In this document: in pieces, positions 28,177 to 37,602 of the stretch
Layout: each line of letters opens with the position of its first letter
Numbering within the stretch: position 1 is the first letter of the stretch
Origin: Opitutus sp. GAS368
GTDB taxonomy: Bacteria > Verrucomicrobiota > Verrucomicrobiia > Opitutales > Opitutaceae
Direction of reading: 5' to 3'
Assembly (NCBI GenBank): GCA_945861645.1
Contig: CAMAVZ010000003.1
Location: 1 to 64,000, forward strand
Length of the DNA stretch: 64,000 nucleotides
Notes under the pieces: model-generated
Databases searched by the model: none
What the model was told of the DNA's origin: nothing
Seen by the model: the letters and a program-made list of their open reading frames with translations, nothing else
Made by a program: the position numbers and the translations under genes

Positions 28177-29049
28177 TTAGCCCTGAGCTTGATACCATTT
28201 TAACAGAACTTGCGTCCCGTTTTCGGACCAACCCTGCGCGGCGACTTCTTCGTAGAGTTTATTGGCCTGTTGCAAGCCCGGCAGGTCGAGCTGCATCGCG
28301 CGCGCTGATTCGAGGGCGATGCGCATATCTTTGAGGAAATGTTTCACGTAAAACCCCGGAGCAAAATCACCGCGCAGGGCGCGCGGGGCCAAATTATTGA
28401 GGGACCAGCTCGCGGCGGCGCCGCCCCCGATGCTTTCGATGACGCGACTGGGATCGAGGCCGGCTTTTTGCGCGTACGTGATCGCTTCGCACCAAGACAT
28501 CATAATCGAAGCGATGGAAATTTGATTAGCCATTTTGCAGTGTTGGCCGGCGCCGGGTCCACCTTGGCGAATGATGTTTTTACCCATACATTCTAATAAT
28601 GGCCGCGCCTGCTGAAAAGCGGGTTCCTCGCCCCCGACCATAATCACGAGGCGCGCTTCTTTCGCCCCAATATCACCCCCGGACACCGGCGCATCCAGCG
28701 CGGCTAAACCTCGCGCCGTGGCCGCGGTGGCGATGCGTTGGGCCAGCAACGGACTCGAGGTAGTCATATCAACGAGCACGGTGCCGAGCTTAGCCTGAGC
28801 CAAAATGCCCGTCGGACCAAAGTAAGTCTGCTCTACATCCGCGGGAAAGCCGACGATGGTGAACACAAAATTCGCCTGCGCGGCCGCGGCCCCCGCCGAC
28901 TCGTGCCACTGAGCGCCGCGCTCTAGCAAGGCCTGCGCATTGGCTTTGGTGCGATTAAAAATATGCAGTTGGTGGCCCGCGGCGAGGAGATGCCCTGCCA
29001 TGCTGCGACCCATGACGCCGGTGCCGATGAAGGCGATAGATTGAGACAT
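28177..29049 (-). CDS. 3-hydroxyisobutyrate dehydrogenase / tartronate semialdehyde reductase family oxidoreductase
   Basis: FIGTGVMG, DAPVSGGDIGA, GAGQHCKMANQ, DFAPGFYVKHFLKDM. Confidence 0.92.
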   Translation of the reverse strand: MSQSIAFIGTGVMGRSMAGHLLAAGHQLHIFNRTKANAQALLERGAQWHESAGAAAAQANFVFTIVGFPADVEQTYFGPTGILAQAKLGTVLVDMTTSSPLLAQRIATAATARGLAALDAPVSGGDIGAKEARLVIMVGGEEPAFQQARPLLECMGKNIIRQGGPGAGQHCKMANQISIASIMMSWCEAITYAQKAGLDPSRVIESIGGGAAASWSLNNLAPRALRGDFAPGFYVKHFLKDMRIALESARAMQLDLPGLQQANKLYEEVAAQGWSENGTQVLLKWYQAQG

Positions 29050-29181
29050 AGCGCCACCGGAACAAATTTGCTGAAGCGAGGCGAAGCAATATTTGCCGCG
29101 GCCTTGGCCTCCGGCACCATCGCGCTGAGCGTGCTGACGCGGCGGTTAGATCAGGGGTGATTCCGCCCGGGGAGCTGTCGC

Positions 29182-29880
29182 TTAGGGGATGCGCAATTGC
29201 GTGCCGAGGCGCAGCACGCCGTCCAGGCCAATTTTATCCGGGTTGGCCAAATAAATATCCTGCCAACGATTAGCCGTCCCATAGTAGCGTTGGCTGATGC
29301 GGGCGAGTGAATCGCCCGCCACCACCAAATGAGATTTTTCACTGGGGCTTACGGCGGGCGGGGTGGGACTGACTGCGGAGGTCGCGATGCCCGCCAGGCG
29401 AGTTTTCAGTTGGTAATTTTCAGTGACAATAATGGTGTTGGTGCCCTGCAACTGTCTGATCAGAGCGCGGGCCGTGGCGAGATCGCTGGCGTATTGCGCT
29501 GATGCCCGCTGGAGAGTGGCGAGGGCTTCATTAGCCCGCGTGGCTTCCGCTTGAGCCGCCGCGATCCGACTTTCCGCGGCGGCGACTTGGGCGGCTAAGG
29601 TGTTTTTTTCGCTGAGGCTAGCCTCGGCCGCTTTGTTCGAATTTTCAGTGAGCGCATCAAATTCTTTCTGCAACAGACCATAACTGTTCAGAGCGACCTC
29701 CAATTTGCTTTCGGCTTCGCTGAGGCGCGGCGCTAAGTCGGTGGGATTCTCTGTGGCAGGCGCGATGGGCGCGGGGGTCACTGTGGGTGCCGGGCTGGGC
29801 ACCGTGCCTACTTCGGCGCGGGCATTTAGGCTCAAGATTAACATCAAGACGGCTGCGGCAAGGAGAGGGGTGCTTTTCAT
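29182..29880 (-). CDS. Secreted coiled-coil protein with C-terminal LysM domain
   Basis: Signal peptide, Ala/Glu-rich helical region, HLVVAGDSLARISQRYYG..RWQDIYLAN...LRIP. Confidence 0.88.
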   Translation of the reverse strand: MKSTPLLAAAVLMLILSLNARAEVGTVPSPAPTVTPAPIAPATENPTDLAPRLSEAESKLEVALNSYGLLQKEFDALTENSNKAAEASLSEKNTLAAQVAAAESRIAAAQAEATRANEALATLQRASAQYASDLATARALIRQLQGTNTIIVTENYQLKTRLAGIATSAVSPTPPAVSPSEKSHLVVAGDSLARISQRYYGTANRWQDIYLANPDKIGLDGVLRLGTQLRIP

Positions 29881-29974
29881 AAAGAGGAGGCGATTGATGA
29901 TCAGATTTATCTGCTTTGATTATGGCTTGGCTGCAAGCTTAGGGCACCGCCGTTTTCAAAATAAATTACGGCCC

Positions 29975-30136
29975 GGCGCGGGAGCTGATGCGCGCCGTTC
30001 CCTCGGGCTTGCGGTCGTCGGTGGGTTGATCGTCTGCCCAATGCTCACGCTCTATATCATGCCGGTAATTTATATTTACCTCGACCGCTTTGCGCACTGG
30101 TTAGATCAGCGGCGTCAGTCAGCGAGCGTGGGGTAA
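29975..30136 (+). pseudogene. C-terminal relic (last TM helix) of an AcrB/MdtBC-type RND efflux permease
   Basis: GAGADARRSLGLAVVGGLIVCPMLTLYIMPVIYIYLDRF matches the RND TM12 consensus G.G.E.R.PLG.AVVGGL..S..LTL...PV.Y..LDR. The other ~1000 codons are absent. Confidence 0.8.
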
Positions 30137-30243
30137 CGTTGGTTTATCCGCCCCCGGAGCTGCGCCGTAATTGATTCGTCATCGAGGCATGGGTGAAGCT
30201 CGCGCGGGCGCGGGCTAGACCTGTTCGACGGTGATTTGCACGC

Positions 30244-30276
30244 CCGTCACCAAATTATCACCGGTTCGTCATAAAA
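30244..30276 (+). promoter_or_regulatory. Pho-box-like direct repeats
   Basis: GTCAC (30246), ATCAC (30257) and GTCAT (30268) at exact 11-bp spacing, 55-85 bp upstream of an alkaline-phosphatase-family gene. Confidence 0.6.
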
Positions 30277-30329
30277 GTGCCCTCAGTCCGCTTGTCAGGC
30301 TGACGGAATGTTCGGGATTTTATCGGTGC

Positions 30330-31982
30330 ATGAACACCCAGCGCAGACAGCTCCGAATTCTTTTTCCATTAACGTTGGCGGCGCTTTTGGCGCAGTCGCT
30401 TCGAGCGGCCGATGCCGGGAGCAGCTCAAATTCTTTGGCGGTCCGGCCAGAAGATTTTGCAGTACGCGCGCCGGCGGCCGAACCGCCGCGGCCGCACCCC
30501 GCCGTCGTGGTGGTCATCGATGGTTTACGGCCAGATTTTGTTTCACCTGAGACCACCCCGCAACTGGCGAAGCTCGCGGCCGCGGGCGTATTTTTTGCCC
30601 ATCATCACCCGGTTTACCTGAGCTCAACCGAGGTCAATGGCACGGCGCTAGCGACGGGGTCTTATTCTGCCCATAGCGGCATCATCGCGAATAATGAGTT
30701 TCGCCCACGGCTCGATCCACAAAATGCGATTGCTACCCAAGCCCCGGACATGGTCCGCCGCGGCGATGAACTCAGCGGGGGTCATTATCTCGCGCGGCCC
30801 ACGGTCGCAGAAATTCTCCACGCGCAGGGTTTAGCGACGGCCATCGCGGGCTCCAAGCCGGTGGCCTTATTACACGACCGCGCTCTCCCGTCGGCTACCC
30901 CAGGAGTTTCTGCGCTGGTGTCTCAAGGCGAGGCGCGCCCTGAGGCTGTGACCACCGCGCTCAAGGCCACGCAAGGTGCTTTGCCCAGTGCGACGGAGCG
31001 CGACGATAAGACCGCGCGGGATGATTGGACCACGCAGGCTCTCCTCGGGACTCTCTGGCGCAACGGCGTGCCACCCTACTCATTGCTGTGGTTGGCGGAG
31101 CCCGATAGCTCACAGCACGCGTCGGGCTTGGGTTCGGCACAATCGCTCGCGGCCCTTAAAAAAAGTGATGAGAAGCTCGGGTTGCTGGTAGCGGAATTGA
31201 CGCGGCGCGGTGAGCTCGCCACGACAAATATTTTTATCGTATCCGATCATGGCTTTTCCACCATTGCTGAAAAAGTTGATCTCGCGGTCGAGCTTTCGGT
31301 CGCCGGCTTCTCGGCCCAGCGGGTGGCGCTGGGGGGGCTAAAACAAAGCGAGGTGCTGGTGGTGGGGAATGGCGGTAGTTCGCTTATTTATGTGGGGGGA
31401 CACGATGCAGCTACGATCGAACGCGTCGTTACTTTTCTGCAGCAGCAATCGTGGACCGGCGTCATTTTCTCGCGCTCCCCGCTGGCCGGAGCTTTTCCGC
31501 TGGCGGCGGCCAACATTGATGCGCCAGAAGCTCCGGATCTGGTAGTTTCTTTTAAATGGCAGGATGGTAAAAATGCCGCGGGCGTGCCGGGGCTTCAAAT
31601 TTCTGACTTAGCTGCGACCAGTCCTAAATTGGCCAATCATGCGAGCCTCAGCCCGTTCGATATGCACAATACTTTAGTTGCTGTTGGGCCTGATATTCGG
31701 GCCGGCGTTATCAGCACATTGCCGTCGGGCAATCTCGATGTCGCCCCCACGATTCTTTGGCTGTTGGGTCTAAAGGAGGCTGCCCAGAAAATGGATGGTC
31801 GCGTGCTGAGCGAGGCCCTGACTCAGCCGGCGCCGCCGCTGACATCCTATGAGCTAAAGCGGCTCAACGCACAGCAGGAGATTAACGGTGGGCGTTGGAC
31901 GCAGTATCTCCAGATCAGTGAAGTTAACGGCGTGCGCTACTTAGACGCAGGTAACGGTGAGTTTAGCGCCGCGCCGCGCTAG
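30330..31982 (+). CDS. Alkaline phosphatase superfamily protein (nucleotide pyrophosphatase/phosphodiesterase type)
   Basis: VVIDGLRPD, STEVNGTALATG, EPDSSQH, VSDHGF, NHASLS, NLDVAPT, MDGRVL. A signal peptide follows ATG 30330. Confidence 0.9.
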   Translation: MNTQRRQLRILFPLTLAALLAQSLRAADAGSSSNSLAVRPEDFAVRAPAAEPPRPHPAVVVVIDGLRPDFVSPETTPQLAKLAAAGVFFAHHHPVYLSSTEVNGTALATGSYSAHSGIIANNEFRPRLDPQNAIATQAPDMVRRGDELSGGHYLARPTVAEILHAQGLATAIAGSKPVALLHDRALPSATPGVSALVSQGEARPEAVTTALKATQGALPSATERDDKTARDDWTTQALLGTLWRNGVPPYSLLWLAEPDSSQHASGLGSAQSLAALKKSDEKLGLLVAELTRRGELATTNIFIVSDHGFSTIAEKVDLAVELSVAGFSAQRVALGGLKQSEVLVVGNGGSSLIYVGGHDAATIERVVTFLQQQSWTGVIFSRSPLAGAFPLAAANIDAPEAPDLVVSFKWQDGKNAAGVPGLQISDLAATSPKLANHASLSPFDMHNTLVAVGPDIRAGVISTLPSGNLDVAPTILWLLGLKEAAQKMDGRVLSEALTQPAPPLTSYELKRLNAQQEINGGRWTQYLQISEVNGVRYLDAGNGEFSAAPR

Positions 31983-32039
31983 ACAGGTAAAATTCAGCCA
32001 GGTGCCCGGACTGCAAGCGTCCGCCGGCGTCGGCGGATC

Positions 32040-33551
32040 TCAGATCAAAGCTTCGCGGAGAGCCGCCAAGATATCTTCGATGGGTTCTAAGCCGACGGAG
32101 AGGCGCAGCAAATCGGGCGAGAGGCCATGAGCCGCTAGCTCGGCGCGACCTGCCGGTGAGGTCACCAGATCGTAATGGGCGAGGTAGATAAATGGTGAGA
32201 TTAGAGTCGTGCGCATGCCGAAACTCGGACCCTTGGGTAGGCGTACGCGGTCGTAAAAATCTTTCATCGGCGCCTTGAGCGTGAATGAGATTATGCTGCC
32301 CACGGCCGTTGGGGAACGGGCAATTTTTAAATAATTTTCGCGGGAACCGGGCTGCAGTGCCCACCAGACTTGCTGCACCGCGGGATGATTTTCGAGCAAG
32401 GCTGCGACTTGCATCGTGCTCGCATTGATTTTCCGCACGACGTCTTCAGTGGCGCCAATTTGCGCAGCGAGACGGGCCAGATCGCGCGGATGAACCGGCT
32501 CAAGATATTCACTAACGAGCCGCCGCAGCTCAGGCGCATCGGGCCCTTGGGGATTGACGACGACCGCTCCCGCAATGACGTCGCCTTCATGCGCGGTATA
32601 TTTGGTAAGACTTTGCGCCACGAGATCAGCGGCCGGGAGCAGATCAACGTTGTAAGGTGAGCTGATGGCGGGATCTAAAATAAGCCGCACCCCATGGCGG
32701 CGGGCTAAGGCGGCCACGGCCGCGATGTCTGGCGTTTGGATGAGCGGATTCGTGGGCGCCTCAATAATTATTCCCGCGATACGCGCGCCGTCAGTGGCCA
32801 ACAAGCGTTCGAGCCCGCTGAGGTCGGCCACATCACCATGACGCAAGTAATCGCGCGTGGGGTCGGGGGTGAATTTTTTGAGCAGCGCAATCGTATCGAG
32901 ATAAAGCCAGCCGAGCTGCACCCAAGCGGTGCGGCCGCGGGTTGCCTGCAAGGTACTAATCGCACGGAAGGCCGCGTGTAGGGCGTTCATGCCGCTTGGG
33001 GCGAGCAGGAGATCGGGGTCGCTTACCCCAGGGTAAACTCGGTGGAGGCAGCGTTTGATTTCCGCCGTAGCGTTGCCAGCAAAAAGAGTTTCTGCGGCCG
33101 CGGCGGGACGGAGACCCTGGGCGACGAGTTGATCCTCCGCGGCTCGGGTAGAGAGAAAACCACCTAAGTGCTGCAGGAATTGTTTGCCGCGCGTGTTGAG
33201 CTCGGGGGTGTCATTATGCGCAACCCCATGGATCCCGGCGGCGAGGAACGGCACGGCGCGGGCGGCACCAGTCCGGCCCAGATGGTCAGCCAGCGCCGCC
33301 GCCATTTTAGCTGAGGTCACAAGCCACAGGGAACGGCCCGCAAATTCGGTCTGCTGTTGGAGTAGCTCACACAGTTGCTTGGCGTACGTATGCACCACAA
33401 AGCGTGGATAACCGGAAGAGATATGCCGCGTGGTCTCGGTCTGGCCTTCTTCGTAGCCAATGACATCCGCTAAGGTGGGCAGACTGCAGGCCACCGAGTG
33501 TGGGCTGCCCGGGATGCGTTGACCCAGAGGAATGGGAGAAAAGATGGACAT
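32040..33551 (-). CDS. PLP-dependent transsulfuration enzyme (cystathionine gamma-synthase-like, long N-terminal form)
   Basis: GYPRF, PSGMNA, EAPTNPL, SLTKY (PLP Lys), KGPSFG, LLRLSVGLE. Confidence 0.88.
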   Translation of the reverse strand: MSIFSPIPLGQRIPGSPHSVACSLPTLADVIGYEEGQTETTRHISSGYPRFVVHTYAKQLCELLQQQTEFAGRSLWLVTSAKMAAALADHLGRTGAARAVPFLAAGIHGVAHNDTPELNTRGKQFLQHLGGFLSTRAAEDQLVAQGLRPAAAAETLFAGNATAEIKRCLHRVYPGVSDPDLLLAPSGMNALHAAFRAISTLQATRGRTAWVQLGWLYLDTIALLKKFTPDPTRDYLRHGDVADLSGLERLLATDGARIAGIIIEAPTNPLIQTPDIAAVAALARRHGVRLILDPAISSPYNVDLLPAADLVAQSLTKYTAHEGDVIAGAVVVNPQGPDAPELRRLVSEYLEPVHPRDLARLAAQIGATEDVVRKINASTMQVAALLENHPAVQQVWWALQPGSRENYLKIARSPTAVGSIISFTLKAPMKDFYDRVRLPKGPSFGMRTTLISPFIYLAHYDLVTSPAGRAELAAHGLSPDLLRLSVGLEPIEDILAALREALI

Positions 33552-33799
33552 AGCAAAAGCAAGTTTAGTTCATTGCCCGTTAGCTGGGGAAGCAATCGAG
33601 CGGTGTGTCATGCGGCCCGAGCGTCATAAATCAGGATAAATAAAAGATAAGCCAGCGGGGCGGCCTAGGGGAAAGGTTGATAATTTAAGCCGAGGGTGGG
33701 GTGAGCCGAGCATGGCGAGGAGCTTGCGCCGGAGTTTTATCGCACGAAAGGCAAAACGTGTTGCACCGCGAGCGAGAAACCACGAAGCAGTGGGGGCTC

Positions 33800-34555
33800 A
33801 TGAAAATACTTTCCTGGAATGTGAATGGCGTACGGGCTGCTCTCGGCAAGGGTTTGCTCGATTGGATGGCGGCAGCGAAAGCTGATGTCATTTGCCTCCA
33901 AGAAGTAAAAGCCCTGCCGGGAGACGTGCAGGGCGTAGTTTGGCCGGCGGGCTATACGGTGCATTGGAATGCGGCGGAGAAAAAAGGGTATAGTGGAACG
34001 GCCTTTTTTCTGCGGCGGCCGCCGCTTGCGGTGACGACGGGGATTGGTTCACCGCTACACGACGCCGAAGGCCGCGCGCTGACGGCGGAATTTGCTGATT
34101 GTTATGTGGTGGGGGTCTATGTGCCCAATGCCCAGCCGGAGTTGGCGCGGATCGACTTTCGGCAAGCCTGGGATCGCGCCTTGCTGGCTTATGTGAAAAA
34201 ATTAGAAAAGAAAAAGCCGGTCGTTTTTTGTGGGGATCTCAATGTGGCCCATGAGGCGATCGATCTCGCTCGGCCTAAAGAAAATGTGGGTAGCCCCGGA
34301 TGCTCTGATCAGGAGCGGGCGGGCTTTCGGGATTATTTGGCCGCCGGATACGTTGATACCTTTCGGCATTTCGAGGAGGGGCCTGATCATTATAGTTGGT
34401 GGACGTATCGGGCGGGGGCCCGCGAGCGCAACATTGGCTGGCGCATCGATTACCTCATGGCTTCAGCCGGGCTCAAGTCACAGCTGCAGCGCGCCTGGAT
34501 TGAACCCCAGGTAATGGGCAGTGATCATTGTCCGGTGGGGCTTGAGCTCGCCTGA
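33800..34555 (+). CDS. xth: Exodeoxyribonuclease III (AP endonuclease)
   Basis: MKILSWNVNG, CLQEVK, KKGYSG, EGR, YVPN, CGDLNVAH, YSWWTYR, GWRIDY, GSDHCP. Confidence 0.96.
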   Translation: MKILSWNVNGVRAALGKGLLDWMAAAKADVICLQEVKALPGDVQGVVWPAGYTVHWNAAEKKGYSGTAFFLRRPPLAVTTGIGSPLHDAEGRALTAEFADCYVVGVYVPNAQPELARIDFRQAWDRALLAYVKKLEKKKPVVFCGDLNVAHEAIDLARPKENVGSPGCSDQERAGFRDYLAAGYVDTFRHFEEGPDHYSWWTYRAGARERNIGWRIDYLMASAGLKSQLQRAWIEPQVMGSDHCPVGLELA

Positions 34556-34557
34556 CG

Positions 34558-35064
34558 GTGCCACGTCCCCGCAAAACTTATTCCGCTCCCCTGATTCAGC
34601 TGCGCCGCTCAGGCGTGCACGGCTATGGATTATTTGCGCGCGATTTTGTGCCGCAGGGCGACCGTCTGATGGAATATGTCGGCGAGCGCATCACCAAGGC
34701 TGAAGCGCAGCGGCGCGAGGATCGTCGGCTGGCGCGACGCGCGGTGGGGGGCGATGGGGGCGTTTATATTTTTGAATTAAATCAACGGTACGATATCGAT
34801 GGGGACGTCGCGTGGAATTTAGCGCGGCGCATCAATCATTCCTGTGGGCCGAATTGTGAAACGCAAAATATCCGCGGCCATATTTGGGTGGTGGCGTGTC
34901 GCGATATCGCGTCGGGGGAGGAGCTGACTTACGATTACGGATTTTCCTATACGGAGTGGCGAGATCATCCCTGTCGCTGCGGGGCTACGGAGTGCGTCGG
35001 TCATATTATTAATGCTGCCCAGCGGTGGCGGGTGCGGCGCCGGCTGGCCGGGGAAAATAATTGA
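34558..35064 (+). CDS. SET domain protein-lysine methyltransferase with post-SET cysteines
   Basis: SGVHGYGLFA, EYVGE, ARRINHSCGPNCE, GEELTYDYG, CRCGATEC.G. Confidence 0.93.
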   Translation: MPRPRKTYSAPLIQLRRSGVHGYGLFARDFVPQGDRLMEYVGERITKAEAQRREDRRLARRAVGGDGGVYIFELNQRYDIDGDVAWNLARRINHSCGPNCETQNIRGHIWVVACRDIASGEELTYDYGFSYTEWRDHPCRCGATECVGHIINAAQRWRVRRRLAGENN

Positions 35065-35141
35065 TAGCCGGCGGTGGCGGGGCGGACTCGTTAAGGAGAC
35101 TTTCCTTTTCCACCGTAGAACCCATGCTGGTGGCGATGAGA

Positions 35142-35657
35142 ATGAACCCGGACCTAGCCCCTTTATTTTTAGGAAAACCACGTCTGACGCTCGCGGTCGC
35201 GGAGAGTCTGACTTGTGGCCAAGTGCAGGCGAAAATTGGGGCGGGGGCGGGAGCTTCCCATTATTTTTTGGGCGGGATCACGACCTATTCACTCGCGCAA
35301 AAGGTGCGCCATCTCGGGGTCAATCGAGCCCATGCGCAGCGGGTTAATAGCGTCTCGCAGCGCGTCGCCGTAGAAATGGCAGAGGGGGCCGGCGTTTTGT
35401 TTGGGGCGGATTTGGGGCTCGCGACGACCGGTTACGCTGAGCCGAGTGTTGAGCACGGCGTGGCGGTGCCGATGACTTGGTGGGCGTTATGTCATCGGCG
35501 GCGCGGCGGAAAACTCGTGGTTATTTCTGGGCAGGTGGAAATGCCGGGGGCCGATCGCGCGACGGCGCAGGCGCGGGTCGTGGCCGAGGTACTGGCCGCG
35601 CTGGTGATTTATCTGCAAGAGTTCCGGCGGCCCGGCCCGGCCAAAATTAGGGCATAA
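35142..35657 (+). CDS. pncC: CinA C-terminal / nicotinamide mononucleotide deamidase family
   Basis: LAVAESLTCG, GASHYFLGGITTYS...K, VSQRVAVEMAEG, LATTGYA. Start uncertain (35061-35142). Confidence 0.85.
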   Translation: MNPDLAPLFLGKPRLTLAVAESLTCGQVQAKIGAGAGASHYFLGGITTYSLAQKVRHLGVNRAHAQRVNSVSQRVAVEMAEGAGVLFGADLGLATTGYAEPSVEHGVAVPMTWWALCHRRRGGKLVVISGQVEMPGADRATAQARVVAEVLAALVIYLQEFRRPGPAKIRA

Positions 35658-35682
35658 AAAAACCCGCCAGCTAAGGCGGGTT
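35656..35682 (-). terminator. Rho-independent terminator between convergent genes
   Basis: AACCCGCC-AGCTAA-GGCGGGTT hairpin with a T7 tract on the minus strand. Confidence 0.75.
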
Positions 35683-35702
35683 GGTGGCGGCAGTGGGGGT
35701 GC

Positions 35703-36389
35703 CTACTGCGTGATGCGTGTCACGTGATCGATCAAGAAGTGCGCCTCAGTGGGAGGCGTGACCCAATCACTGAACAGTAATTCTGGCAGCCGATTGGTGC
35801 TGCTGTAGAACAGGCGATTGGCTTCGTCATGGGGTGACATGTAACCGGTTTTAACGGCGGCGCCGATGTACAGGCCTTCGTTGTTGGAATAGACTAAGAC
35901 ATTCGCTTCGGTTTGAAGCGCGGAAGTTATTTTTTCGCGCTCCGCTGAGCGAATGCCGGCCAAGACTTTGGCTTCCGCACCGAGATTCATGCGGTTTTTG
36001 AAGAGGAGGCGGGCGGTGGCGTCGTCCATTAAAACATAAACCGCATTGATTGATTTACCGCCCGCTTGCAGGCCGAGGCTGAGTTCACCCGCGCGCATAA
36101 AGGCGGGGACGGACCATTTACCATTGGGGCGGCGGACTAAGGCGATCGCGTAGCCATCTTTGATCCCAAAGATAAAACCGGCCTGGAATTGGTTGACGAT
36201 GACGATGCCCTTCGCACGACGAAGAATGTCGGCGGGAATGGCGGTTTTATAGTTACCTTGGATGGACTGCAAAATTGCTTCGCAGCTATCGAGGCGCTCA
36301 ATGACGGACGCGCGGGTTAATTCGCCGGCAGCGGACAGAGCGCCCGCCAGGGCGGTGGCACAAAAAATGGCGGTGAGGAGCTTCTTCAT
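35703..36389 (-). CDS. Lipid-binding SYLF (Ysc84-like) domain protein
   Basis: Signal peptide; IPADILRRAKGIVI, AGFIFG, GKWSVPAF, SLGLQAG, YS..EGLYIG. Confidence 0.88.
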   Translation of the reverse strand: MKKLLTAIFCATALAGALSAAGELTRASVIERLDSCEAILQSIQGNYKTAIPADILRRAKGIVIVNQFQAGFIFGIKDGYAIALVRRPNGKWSVPAFMRAGELSLGLQAGGKSINAVYVLMDDATARLLFKNRMNLGAEAKVLAGIRSAEREKITSALQTEANVLVYSNNEGLYIGAAVKTGYMSPHDEANRLFYSSTNRLPELLFSDWVTPPTEAHFLIDHVTRITQ

Positions 36390-36526
36390 AATGATTAGAT
36401 ATAGGCGATCGCGCGGTTAGCGCAAAGCTGTTTTTAAGAACGGAATAAGCAGATTTAGCAGCTAAATGAAAGCCCTACTTCACGGGGACTCTGGGCGAGG
36501 GCGCGGTGGCGGGGTGGGCGGGCCAA

Positions 36527-36898
36527 TCATTCTAGGCCGCGCTGCGCAATTTCCTCTTCGTCCCAGCCCAGATCATGGCCGAGTTCGTGGAGGTAAGTTA
36601 GGCGCACTTCAGCGCGATAATTTGCTTCATCCGCTTCTGCTAGGTCCCAGATATTATCAAGAAACAGCAGGATCTGCGGGGGTAAGGGCTGCGCTTCACC
36701 GAGTTCTGCGCCGTGCTCATCACCCACAAATAAGCCGAGCAGATCGGTATCTAGACCATCGGCGATGAGGGCGAGATGAGGGCGAGATTCATAGCAAACC
36801 GGCACCTCCCGGGCCACGGCGCGAACAGTCGCGGGCAACTGATTTTGTGCGGCGGTCACCACTTGCACGGCGATTTGTACGCGTGGGATTAAGTTCAT
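36527..36898 (-). CDS. Zincin-like minimal metallopeptidase (DUF1025 type)
   Basis: LLGLFVG, PPQILLFLDNI, EVRLTYLHELGHDLG. ATG 36898 preferred. Confidence 0.85.
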   Translation of the reverse strand: MNLIPRVQIAVQVVTAAQNQLPATVRAVAREVPVCYESRPHLALIADGLDTDLLGLFVGDEHGAELGEAQPLPPQILLFLDNIWDLAEADEANYRAEVRLTYLHELGHDLGWDEEEIAQRGLE

Positions 36899-37062
36899 GA
36901 GTCGGGGTGAATAAGGGCGCAGATGAGGGTGAGTTAATTTCCGCAGGAGTAAAGCGGCGCCGAGCGCGAGCATTGGGGGTGGGGGGTTGGCACGATTTAA
37001 TGCAGGGCTGAAACCTCGCTTCTTCCTCAGCGTCCTATGTCGAGTAACCATTAATTCCCTCT

Positions 37063-37470
37063 ATGAAAAACTTACTTAAGCTTAGTATCGCATTTGTTGG
37101 TCTCCTGTTACTCGGCGCTCCCGCCCTGCGCGCGGAAGCCCCGCCGGCTCCCCCTGCCGGTCAACCCGAACACGGTCGCGGCCCTGGTCGCCCCGGTCAG
37201 ATGATGAAGCGCGCCGCGCAAGAACTCGGCCTGAGCGCTGACCAGCAGGCTAAATGGCAGGCCATTAATCAGCAGGAAAAAGCGGCCGCCGATGCAATCA
37301 TGAATGATAGCACGCTCGCTCCTGAGGCCAAACGCGCTCAGCTGCGGGCAGCTAACAAGCCTTTCGCCGATCAACGGCGCGCGGGGTTGAATCCCGAGCA
37401 GTTGAAAAAGTTCGATGAGATGCGCAAAGCCGGTGCACGCGGACCCAAGAAAGATAAAAAAGATAAGTAA
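37063..37470 (+). CDS. Periplasmic Spy/CpxP-like helical protein
   Basis: Signal peptide; ELGLSADQQAK and LNPEQLKKF (LTxxQ-like repeats); Lys-rich tail. Confidence 0.75.
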   Translation: MKNLLKLSIAFVGLLLLGAPALRAEAPPAPPAGQPEHGRGPGRPGQMMKRAAQELGLSADQQAKWQAINQQEKAAADAIMNDSTLAPEAKRAQLRAANKPFADQRRAGLNPEQLKKFDEMRKAGARGPKKDKKDK

Positions 37471-37602
37471 CGGCTCGGCGGAAGCGCCGCGCCAGCAAAT
37501 TTAGGCTTTAGCTTGGCTGGTTTTATTTAAGCGTGCCGCGACTTAGGTCGCGGCATTTTTATTTTTGGACAACGGCTCAGCGCCGGCTCACGCTGCCAGC
37601 GG

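Noticed and set aside
33552-33799. SAM riboswitch before the transsulfuration gene, or c-di-GMP-I riboswitch before xth
   Set aside because: No SAM-I or SAM-II core is recognisable. GGCAAA is present but lacks the GNRA-capped stem and second conserved motif.
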